Part shown: piece by piece, positions 1 to 9,700 of the stretch
Numbering within the stretch: position 1 is the first letter of the stretch
Layout: each line of letters opens with the position of its first letter
Source of the DNA: a virus
Lineage: Duplodnaviria > Caudoviricetes
Virus record (IMG/VR): IMGVR_UViG_3300044991_001466
Length of the DNA stretch: 64,000 nucleotides
Strand: one strand, 5' to 3'
Made by a program: the position numbers and the translations under genes
The notes under the pieces: model-generated
Databases searched by the model: none
What the model was told of the DNA's origin: nothing
The model's input: only the letters and a program-made list of their open reading frames with translations

Positions 1-2
1 AA

Positions 3-1697
3 GGAGTTTTAGGTTCATTAAAATCACAAGAGGCTGGAGGTTCATATGGTGATAGTAAGGGGATTATGGGTGTTGACAAAATGGCCGAATTGGCATTTGA
101 TACCGAAGGTTCTTTTTTAAAAATAGATAAAATAATCGGTAATATTGCAAAATATGGTTTAGAACAAGTAAATCAAGAATGGGCTAATCAAGCAACATTA
201 CTAACAGATGTTAATACTAAAACTGGTTTAACAGGTAAATTATCAAAAGATTATAGAGAAGAAGTTTCGGCAGCATATCCTGCATTAGCAAGGTTAGGTA
301 TTGAATATTCTGAATTAGCAAACGCAGCAGTTTCATTAGTTCAACAATCTGGAAAGTTTAATTTAATAAATCAAGAGACGTTTGAGTCTATGGGTTTAGC
401 AGCTAAAGCCTATGTTGGTAGTTTGGCTGAAGTTGTTGAAATGATACCTGGATTTGAAAGGGTTGGTATTGGTGCAACGGGAGTTGTTAAATCGGTGTCA
501 GAAGCTGGTGCAAGATCATTAACTCTTGGTTTAAATTCACAAAAAATCACAAAAGAATTGGGTCAAAATATTGGATTATTGAATTCATACGGTTTTCAAA
601 ATGGTGTTCAAGGACTTGAAAGAATGGTTCAAAAAGCAACCGAGTTTAGAATTAGTATTGCTGAGGTTTCTAAATTGGCGGATAATGTGTTCACACCTGA
701 AAAGGCCATTGATTTGGCTGCAAATTTACAAGTGTTAGGTGGAGCAATAGGGGATTTTAACGACCCACTTAAATTAATGTATATGGCCACGAATAATGTG
801 GAAGGTTTACAAGATGCGTTAATTGGTGCTGCCGGTTCATTAGCAACATATAATCAAGAACAAGGAAGATTTGAAGTAACAGGACTTAACTTAAGAAAGG
901 CAAGAGAAATGGCTCAAGCGTTAGGTGTTGATTATAAGGAACTAACCAATGCTGCGGTTGCGGCACAAGAAAGGTTAACAGCGGGAGAATCTTTATCAGG
1001 ACTTAGTATAAAAGCGGAAGATAAGGAATTCTTAACAAATATTGCACAGATGAAAGACGGTAAAATGACCGTCGCATTACAATCTAAAGAATTACAAGAC
1101 TATTTTGGTAAAACGTCTGTAGCGTTGGAAGATTTATCATCATCACAAGCTGATAAGTTATTGGATTATAAAAAAGAATTTGAAAAATTACCACCAGAAG
1201 AAATTGTTAGAAAACAAGCCACTGATATTGAAAATATTAGAAGAGATTTAACTTTCTTAGTTGCATCTGCAAGACTTGAGGGTACTAAATTAATAAAGGC
1301 GGTTGCGGATAGTACTGGATTATCATTAGAAAAAGCTGCGAAATATGTAAAAGATATGACAGGTTCAAGTGAGTCCGAAGTTAAAAAACAATTAGCACAA
1401 TTAACTGCTGAACAGAAAAAAGATAATGATAAAAAGGCTCAAAAAGTTAATGTAAATGCCCCAAAATCAAACGAAAATATAACCGCAGAACAAGTTAAGA
1501 ATGCTGCCGATAAAAAAGTTGCAGACGCAGGAAACTCAACACGAAATGTAAACATGAATATTAAAACTGAAGTTCAAGTTCCTGCGGTTATGGACGCACT
1601 TCAAAGAGAAATTGTAAAAGACCAAAGTTTATTCTCAAGTTGGGGTGCAAAAATAGATTCGGAGTTAACAACACCTTCAGTTGCTAAAGGAAGATAA
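3..1697 (+). CDS. Tape-measure-like protein, 5'-truncated by the window edge
   Basis: The frame is open from position 3 to the ATG at 66, so the true start is probably upstream of the window. Ala/Gly/Leu-rich helical sequence typical of tape measure proteins, directly upstream of tail/baseplate genes. Confidence 0.7.
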   Translation, partial: GVLGSLKSQEAGGSYGDSKGIMGVDKMAELAFDTEGSFLKIDKIIGNIAKYGLEQVNQEWANQATLLTDVNTKTGLTGKLSKDYREEVSAAYPALARLGIEYSELANAAVSLVQQSGKFNLINQETFESMGLAAKAYVGSLAEVVEMIPGFERVGIGATGVVKSVSEAGARSLTLGLNSQKITKELGQNIGLLNSYGFQNGVQGLERMVQKATEFRISIAEVSKLADNVFTPEKAIDLAANLQVLGGAIGDFNDPLKLMYMATNNVEGLQDALIGAAGSLATYNQEQGRFEVTGLNLRKAREMAQALGVDYKELTNAAVAAQERLTAGESLSGLSIKAEDKEFLTNIAQMKDGKMTVALQSKELQDYFGKTSVALEDLSSSQADKLLDYKKEFEKLPPEEIVRKQATDIENIRRDLTFLVASARLEGTKLIKAVADSTGLSLEKAAKYVKDMTGSSESEVKKQLAQLTAEQKKDNDKKAQKVNVNAPKSNENITAEQVKNAADKKVADAGNSTRNVNMNIKTEVQVPAVMDALQREIVKDQSLFSSWGAKIDSELTTPSVAKGR

Positions 1698-1709
1698 TTA
1701 GTTTATACC

Positions 1710-1717
1710 TATTTATA
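1710..1717 (+). promoter_or_regulatory. TATTTAT(A/T) putative late-promoter motif (first of at least 12 gene-proximal copies)
   Basis: Also at 12561, 22175, 24513, 34122, 40172, 40959, 41595, 45009, 57139, 59814 and 63546, each a few to ~17 nt before a start codon. Confidence 0.65.
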
Positions 1718-1730
1718 TTAAAACAGAATA

Positions 1731-4700
1731 ATGCCAAGTTACTTAGATTTTGATTCAACCAAAAGTTTTAGGGATAAAATATTAGGTAAAACGTTAAATA
1801 AACCAAATGGTCCACAAACGTTTACCAATACAGACTATAGTGTACAAAATTTAAGTGATACTGCCAATAAAGATTTAGACAACGTTGACACTAATAGAGG
1901 TAAAGATTTATTAATACCACAGAATTCCAATACATTTAAACCTGAAATTTACACAATTAAAGAGGATTTAAATACATTACCAAGAAGGTCTAATTTAAAC
2001 CTATACCCATATTTTCCAACTAACGGACAATCATATAATTTGATTGGAATAATGAATACAGACCGATATGATACTGAGTCTGAATTATTCAAATTTGCGG
2101 CTAATAACATTAAAAATAACACAGATGGTCCTGTATATTCAAGAATTGCTCAAAATGTTGCAAAAAACACTTTAGGTAGAGTTAGAATTCTTGATGCGTT
2201 AAATGGTAATACAACCACCGCGGTAAACATTATCACAGGTAGGGAACCCTTAATTGAATCAAATTATAAAATTACGGTTGATAATACATTAAGTATTCCG
2301 GGTCAAGCTGCAAATTTTTTGGAGATTGTATCTGGCATCCAATTACCGTTCTCAACAATACCTGGAGATTACCTTAGTAATCCATCAAATCCAATCAATT
2401 ACAGACCTGTGGCTTCCACGGAGTTAGGTAAACTATATCAAGATGTAACTGGCGCTTTAGGTTCCTTAATTGGAATAAAAAGACGTCCTAAATTAGATAG
2501 AAAACCTTCTGACCTATTGATTGAACATATGGGTCAAGGACAGAAAAATAGATTATTTGATTTGTTGTCATTTTCAAAATATTCACCAAATTACACAACA
2601 ACCGCTAGATCACAAAACACATCAAAAATATTTAGTTATGTTGATAAAGCAGCACAAGGTGTTAAAAATTTATTAGGGTTAGAGGCACCAAAAGGTATTG
2701 CATATATTGGTGACGATAGAGGAGAGGATGTGAAATATGCGATGAATGATTTTAATGATAGACCTGTTAGAAGTAGTTACTATTTAACACTATTATTTGA
2801 TGAGGTGTCAGCAAATTTATTTCACTCAACTAAAAATTATACAGAAGGTGGTTCAGTTGGTGGTAAATTATCATGGATTAGTAAAAACTCTAAAAATGAG
2901 TTAGGAGCTAATAACCAACAATATACTGATAGTGCTTCAGCATTAACAGAATCCTTATCAACAAAATACGGTTTTAGGTCGGATTCTATATTAGGAATTA
3001 CACAAGAAATATTGGATTCAATGCCATCAGATGGTGGGGCCGCTCGTTCACATGTTGCAAATGTCATTGACCAAACAAGTAGAATATTCCAAGACGGTGA
3101 TATTAAAATATCACGAGGTTCAGCAATTAAGTATACCGATAAGTACGGTGGTGAAAAGGGTGTTGAGTATTGTAGAGTTTGGACAAAAGATAGACCATAT
3201 TCACATCTTTCAGATACAATGAAAAGAACGTCAATTATTAGAAAATATGACGGTAGTGTTATGGGTGGAGGAAGTCGTCCTTGGAATTTGAATATTGGAC
3301 CGATGTCAAATGGTAGAAAATCATTTGATAATTCAACCAACATCAAAGATGGACAAGCTAAAAAGTATATGTTTTCTTTTGAAAATTTGGCATGGAAATC
3401 GTCAAATAGAGATGGATTTAGAGTTTCAGACTTACCTGTTTGTGAAAGAGGTCCAAATGGTGGTCGTGTTATGTGGTTTCCACCTTATGATTTAAAGGTA
3501 AGTGAACAAAACGCGGCAAGATGGGAAGAAAATTCATTTTTAGGAAGACCTGAACCAATATACACATATCAAAACACAGCAAGAAGTGGACAAGTTTCAT
3601 TTAAAGTTGTTGTTGATCATCCAAGTATTTTAAATCTTTTAGTGAGAGAACATTTTGGTGGAATGAGTGATGAAGAATCTGAAAATTATATTAACGCATT
3701 TTTTGCTGGATGTAAAGATGAGGATTTTTATAGTTTAATTCAAAAATACACACAATTAGATCAGAATGATGTAAACAATATTAAGGCGTATTTGAATGCG
3801 GGTTCACCTAAAGAGATTATTAAAAAATTCAAATATACATCAGAGGATGTTAAAATATCAAAACCAGATACGAATTCAGAAAAAACTAATCAACCGGCAC
3901 CATTTGAAAAACAATTCTATTTTGATAATGATTTTCCAAAAGTTGGTAGTGACGATGAAAAATCAAGTCAAACATATTCACAATTATTTGCCGCTTATTC
4001 AGGAAAAAGCGGAACTTTTGTTACCGATTTAGATGGTGATTTAAAAAAATTATTTACAGGAACCACCACAAATTATATATCAGATATTAAAACGTTATTT
4101 GGTGACACTACGGTTACAGGTTCAACAATTAGTGCAACCACAATAAATAACCAAACAACTAAAATAACAAACGCATTTAGTGAATTAACTAACACATATA
4201 ATTCATATATTGGTAAGATTAATGAAATTAAAACGGGTTTAGAAAAAAATAATATTAAAGAAGTTAATTTTAGAATTTTTACATCAACATCAGAAGTTGC
4301 TGACGACACGTATAATTTTTATTTAGGTGTAAGAAGAATTCACAGTATAATTCTTGATATTTTTGATAAAATTAAAAAAGACAAAACACCAAATTTAAAG
4401 TGGCCGTCCAAAAAAGAGTTTTCAAATTTCCAAAAAAAGGGGTTTCCACTTTCACAATTTCCATTTGGTTATACATTTGAAGATTTTGGTTATGTTGGTA
4501 ATAAAGGTGTTATAACTTTTGTACATAAAACCGAGGGTGAAAGTGCTGTGTTATCAAACGGTGGAGGTGAAAAAAATCTTGATTGTAAGACAAAATTAAA
4601 TACAACATTTGGTTTAAAAACAACTGCACCTGTTGCATTCTTTTGTAGACAGGCTAATGTTAGTATTGAAGTTAGTACAAACCCAACAGAAACAAAAGAA

Positions 4701-6461
4701 CCTACTACAATTACAATACCTAAGATTAAAATTGAAGATGACGAACCACAAACAATATATAATTCAAAACCATCAATAGATGTGATGAAAAGAATCATCA
4801 TGAAAACTTTATCTGAATGTTTTTATTTTAAACAATTAGAGGAGAAATCACCGGTGGCATTTACATCACTAAAAGAAAAATTAAAATATTTCCATCCAGG
4901 ATTTCACTCAACAACACCAGAAGGTTTGAATAGTAGATTAACATTTTTATTACAATGTGTTAGACCTGGCGATACCATCCCAATTAAGGGTACCTCAGAT
5001 AATGCGGATTTAAATGCAAGAAACACTTCATTTGGTCCACCACCTGTTTGTGTTATGAGAATTGGTGATTTTTATCATTCTAAAATTATCATTCGTGATA
5101 TTAATATTAGTTATGACGATAGTCCATGGGATATGAATCCAGAGGGTATTGGATATCAACCAATGATTGCAACAGTTCAATTACAAGTTAGTTTTATTGG
5201 TGGTCAAGGTTTAGAAAAACCTGTGGAAAGATTACAAAATGCATTATCATCTAATTTCTTTGCAAACACTGAAATGTATGATGAAAGGTCTGATTCAACC
5301 ACAACTACAATGGGTGGTAAAAAGACTGATGAGTTTACTAAAGAATTTTTGGAAGAATTAACAAAGAAACCAGAATTCCAATTAGATAAAATGAAAGAAG
5401 ATAATAAAACCGAGGTAACCGAAGGAACATATATTGGGACATTATCTGGAACAAAATTAAACTATGATACTTTAGTTAATTCGGTATATAGTACTGTTGG
5501 TCAATATACAAACACATATCAATCAGCATACACACATATTGTTAAAACATATGGTAAAAAAATTGGTGATGTTTTATTATCACCAACATATAGAACAATT
5601 AATACAATAACGGGATCTACCATAGACTTTCCAATTTCAATATTAGGAGAATATCCAACAGGACTTTTTAATGATTTAGAATCAATAGTTTTAAACATAA
5701 AAAGTGCAATGAATTCGGCAATTACACTAATTCCATTAAGTTCTTCGGTCTTTGATTTACTTGAGTTTGCTGACCCTAAAGTTGATTCATATGATCAAAT
5801 TTTTAAAGATGAAATTACTTTTATTGTTAATCAGTCTCTCGATTCTTTAGTTGAAAATAAACAAATTAAGGATGTTGAAAATGCAAGAAATGAGGTAATA
5901 TCAGTTATAGATAAAATTAATTTTATTATTGAATATGAACATGATATTCAAATTTCGGGATTAACATATACTAAATCAAATTTAACAGGTTTTGACGGCA
6001 ACGCTTTTTATCTTCAATGGAGACCAGCAATAATGTATTTAAAATCGGCAAGTGAACAAAATGTTTTGGAGTTGGAACCGACAAATCCTAATTTTACTGA
6101 ATTGACATTAAGTTTTAATTCTGAAGATTTAAAAAGTATTTTATCAATATTATTAATTGGTAAAAAAGATACGATAGTACAACAATTTGCTAGAAACCCT
6201 TTAATGTCTGCAGACGATATTGGAAATGTTAGTACTATGTTAGATAGTTTTATTTATAAAGAACCTACTTCAACATTAGGTGAAGAGAATCGACTTAACA
6301 TTATATTAGGTCCATTTCCAGTTAGACCAAATGATAAACCAATAGAATTTGAAATTTCAAGTACAGAAGAAATGACAGATGATGATGAAGGATTGGTTGC
6401 TAATAATATTTTCATAAATAAAAATAAATTGGGGACCACATTAAATTTTTATAAACCATGA
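1731..6461 (+). CDS. Large tail/baseplate structural protein (tube-initiator-like domains plus a degenerate OmpA-like domain)
   Basis: 1576 aa. Two segments resemble contractile-tail tube initiators (WEENSFLGRPEPIYTYQNTARSGQVSFKVVVDHPS; PPVCVMRIGDFYHSKIIIRDINISY). Lies between the tape measure and the LysM-like gene. Confidence 0.6.
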   Translation: MPSYLDFDSTKSFRDKILGKTLNKPNGPQTFTNTDYSVQNLSDTANKDLDNVDTNRGKDLLIPQNSNTFKPEIYTIKEDLNTLPRRSNLNLYPYFPTNGQSYNLIGIMNTDRYDTESELFKFAANNIKNNTDGPVYSRIAQNVAKNTLGRVRILDALNGNTTTAVNIITGREPLIESNYKITVDNTLSIPGQAANFLEIVSGIQLPFSTIPGDYLSNPSNPINYRPVASTELGKLYQDVTGALGSLIGIKRRPKLDRKPSDLLIEHMGQGQKNRLFDLLSFSKYSPNYTTTARSQNTSKIFSYVDKAAQGVKNLLGLEAPKGIAYIGDDRGEDVKYAMNDFNDRPVRSSYYLTLLFDEVSANLFHSTKNYTEGGSVGGKLSWISKNSKNELGANNQQYTDSASALTESLSTKYGFRSDSILGITQEILDSMPSDGGAARSHVANVIDQTSRIFQDGDIKISRGSAIKYTDKYGGEKGVEYCRVWTKDRPYSHLSDTMKRTSIIRKYDGSVMGGGSRPWNLNIGPMSNGRKSFDNSTNIKDGQAKKYMFSFENLAWKSSNRDGFRVSDLPVCERGPNGGRVMWFPPYDLKVSEQNAARWEENSFLGRPEPIYTYQNTARSGQVSFKVVVDHPSILNLLVREHFGGMSDEESENYINAFFAGCKDEDFYSLIQKYTQLDQNDVNNIKAYLNAGSPKEIIKKFKYTSEDVKISKPDTNSEKTNQPAPFEKQFYFDNDFPKVGSDDEKSSQTYSQLFAAYSGKSGTFVTDLDGDLKKLFTGTTTNYISDIKTLFGDTTVTGSTISATTINNQTTKITNAFSELTNTYNSYIGKINEIKTGLEKNNIKEVNFRIFTSTSEVADDTYNFYLGVRRIHSIILDIFDKIKKDKTPNLKWPSKKEFSNFQKKGFPLSQFPFGYTFEDFGYVGNKGVITFVHKTEGESAVLSNGGGEKNLDCKTKLNTTFGLKTTAPVAFFCRQANVSIEVSTNPTETKEPTTITIPKIKIEDDEPQTIYNSKPSIDVMKRIIMKTLSECFYFKQLEEKSPVAFTSLKEKLKYFHPGFHSTTPEGLNSRLTFLLQCVRPGDTIPIKGTSDNADLNARNTSFGPPPVCVMRIGDFYHSKIIIRDINISYDDSPWDMNPEGIGYQPMIATVQLQVSFIGGQGLEKPVERLQNALSSNFFANTEMYDERSDSTTTTMGGKKTDEFTKEFLEELTKKPEFQLDKMKEDNKTEVTEGTYIGTLSGTKLNYDTLVNSVYSTVGQYTNTYQSAYTHIVKTYGKKIGDVLLSPTYRTINTITGSTIDFPISILGEYPTGLFNDLESIVLNIKSAMNSAITLIPLSSSVFDLLEFADPKVDSYDQIFKDEITFIVNQSLDSLVENKQIKDVENARNEVISVIDKINFIIEYEHDIQISGLTYTKSNLTGFDGNAFYLQWRPAIMYLKSASEQNVLELEPTNPNFTELTLSFNSEDLKSILSILLIGKKDTIVQQFARNPLMSADDIGNVSTMLDSFIYKEPTSTLGEENRLNIILGPFPVRPNDKPIEFEISSTEEMTDDDEGLVANNIFINKNKLGTTLNFYKP

Positions 6462-6784
6462 GTAGACAATATTTCGATAGGTACCAATATTTTGTAAAAG
6501 ATGGAAATTTTAGAATAATTCCTGGAATTGAAATACCAATTAAAGGTAGTGACAAATATATTCAATATAAAAGCGGTAAAGATAGATTAGATAAATTATC
6601 ACAAGAATATTATAACACCCCATTATATGGGTGGTTAATCTTGTTAGCCAATCCTTTGGCTGGTAGTATTGAATTTACAATACCAGATAATTTCTACATG
6701 AGAGTACCATTTCCTTTACTTGACACTTTACAAGATTACAAAAGTGCCGTAGAATTGTATAACTTATATTATGGCGAACAATAA
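6458..6784 (+). CDS. LysM/gpX(gp53)-like baseplate protein
   Basis: DRLDKLSQEYYNTPLYGWLILLANP matches the gpX/LysM-like pattern; canonical position in a myovirus baseplate module. Confidence 0.7.
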   Translation: MSRQYFDRYQYFVKDGNFRIIPGIEIPIKGSDKYIQYKSGKDRLDKLSQEYYNTPLYGWLILLANPLAGSIEFTIPDNFYMRVPFPLLDTLQDYKSAVELYNLYYGEQ

Positions 6785-9700
6785 TTTAAATAGTGGTGAA
6801 AACATATTGGTTAAAGTTGACCAAAACAATGTAATTTTAATTGACCCAAATAGCGTTTCAAACGGTCCAAATGTGGAAATGAGAAATGTGAAACAGGAAA
6901 ATTTGGTTATGTATGTTAATTTGGAAGCTGACTTAGTTCCGAGAACAACACTTGCGGCGTCAGGAGATGGTTCAGCTCAAAGTACATTATTGACTGTGGC
7001 TAAAGGAAATCTTAGTTTTTTGAGAGCACAAGATGGACAAGATTTAAACACAGGTTGGACAGATTCATTTTTTAATTCGACAGAAAAAACACAAACAGTA
7101 ACAGATAAGAATGGTAAGAAAACACCGGTAGGGACTGGTGAGTTTTTTCAAGCCGATTCTTCAGGTCAATCATTTGGTATTGAAAGTATTAACATAAATG
7201 TTAAAGGTTCAAATTTCATTCCACAGGTAAATATAAATTTTGTGGACGTTAGAGGTAAGACATTATTTGAATCACCAAACAACACCCCATATAAAGCATT
7301 CTTTCATTTACCGTGGCCAATTTTTTATCTAACAGTAAAAGGATATTATGGTAAAGCAATTAGATATCGATTACATTTAACAAAATTCACATCAAAGTAT
7401 AATGGTTCTAATGGTAATTTCGATATATCAACAACATTTGTTGGATCAACTTATGCATTTTTAAATGATATACCATTAGAGGGTATATTGAATGCTCCAT
7501 ATATGTACATGATTGAAAATGACGGAAAGAACTCAACATTTAACACAAATACAGGTACGTATCAAAAGAAAATATCAAAATCAAGTAGAGGGTATACTTT
7601 ACTAAGAACAATTTATAGTGAATATAAACAGAAAGGACTTTTACCAAAAAACTTTCCCGTCAAGACATTAAGAGAAGTTATTACCATTGCCAAATCACTT
7701 GATAACATATTAGAAAGAGAAATATTTGACCAAAAGGTTGATATGAAAATTTTTAATGGTATTAAAGAATTTGAAAAAATTGTACAAGATTTTGAGTCTG
7801 CTGTGGTTCAATGGGGTAAAAAATATTTAAGTAACGACAGTTATACTGATGCGACATCAAAAATAAAATATTATTATTTATCTGGTCAAAATAATGGTAA
7901 GTTAGATAACATTACAAATGCAACCGATAATAAAACTTTAGAATTTATTTTAACCAATAAAGTAAAAGAACTTCGTAAAACTGCCGATTTCTCATCAAGT
8001 TATATTAACAAATCGGGGATTGATTTTAAACAACAAACATTTAATTTTTTAAATAAAATTAAAGACATTTCTAAGTACTATCAACCAAAAGAAGGAAAAT
8101 ATTCGATAGCATATGATTTATTGTTAAGTGACATATATGAAATACAAAAATCATTTTTAGCCCAAAGAGATAAATTACAAAAGTATGTTGAGGAGGTAAT
8201 GAACCAAGTTATTAAAGACCCGTTAAAAGGTATTGGGTTCAAACCTACAATACGTAATATATTTGGTGTAATCATGGCTAATGCCGATGTATACATTAGA
8301 TTATTAAAAGATGTACATACAAAATCGTTTGAGGCGTCATCAAAAAGAAAAGACTTAGTTAACAACTATAGTAATGAATCTGAAGGTGATAACATTTATC
8401 CTTGGCCTGAAATTAGAAAAATTACATCAAACAAACAAAGTGTTATTGCATATCCTGGTGATTCAGATTTAAGGGCAATATTACGTGCTGATGATAAAAC
8501 AATGTGGCCTGAAGTTGATTTTATTGAAAACTATCAATCTGTTGCAACAAAAAGAACTGACCCATTAGCGGAAAAAGAGGGTGGAGTGGGTGCAATTAAT
8601 TATGTATTTGAAAGTAATTCACCCGATATTAATTTAAATAAAACAGCCACATTATTTCAAATTGAAAGTAGTCAACCATACATGGATAAATCTATGGCAG
8701 GATTACTTTATGAGATATTTGAAAGAGCAAGATATTCCACATTATTGGATTCATATAATAGTCAAACCATAATTGAGTTGGCAAATAATGAATTTGATAA
8801 TTTACAAAAAATATTAGAAGAAGATTTTGATATTGTTGATATAATGAAAACCATCAACAGTGCATCAACATTGACTGATTATATGTTATCATTTTCACCA
8901 TTTGATAGATATCCGTATTTCCAAGATAAATTACCAACAATACCATATATAAAAAATTTGGAGGAGTTTCCGTTTAAAATATCTCAATATAATATTGATT
9001 CAAATCCGTCAAGAAATGAAAATTATACTAAATTAATTGAAGAATTAAAAAACTATCAACCTGAGAGTTATAGAAAAAATATATATCCATTTAATTCTAG
9101 TCTTTATTTAAATTATTTAAATAAAACAGACTATAATTTAGACGATTTAAATTTAAGAAATATTACTAATGTTGATACAACAGAAGGTTTAGTTAGTACC
9201 GCACGCGATTCTAAAATGTGGGTTAAGTCTGAATATACTAAGAATTTATTTTTACAAAATTTTAATATTGTACAAAGTAATGGTAAAACTAACATTCTAA
9301 ACACACCATATTTTCACAAACAACTTTATACGGATTTTAAAAAAAGTAGTCCATTAGGAAAATATTCGGGTTCGGCATATCTTTTATTAAATTCTTTACC
9401 ATTTAAAGATTTAGAAGATAAAGTACTTCAGGATCAAACAAGAATGTCGAGTTTATTTAAAGAAATTGGGGCATCTCATTATGTGCCATATCATTTAATG
9501 TTAAAGTGGGGTGCAATTTATCATAGATATAAAAAGAAAATTTTAGAAGACGTTGATATACTATCAGGTTTTTTAACAAACAATATTACACAACCAATTA
9601 GTGGAAGTACTCTTTTTGATTTTGGAGTTGGAAGTACGTATACTATAAATTCAGAATCAATTACTCACTCATCTAGTAAACATATTGGATTACATCCTTT

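Noticed and set aside
2837-3346. 169-aa minus-strand ORF and the many other short ORFs nested in long genes
   Set aside because: They lie entirely within well-supported long ORFs and have no recognisable motifs.
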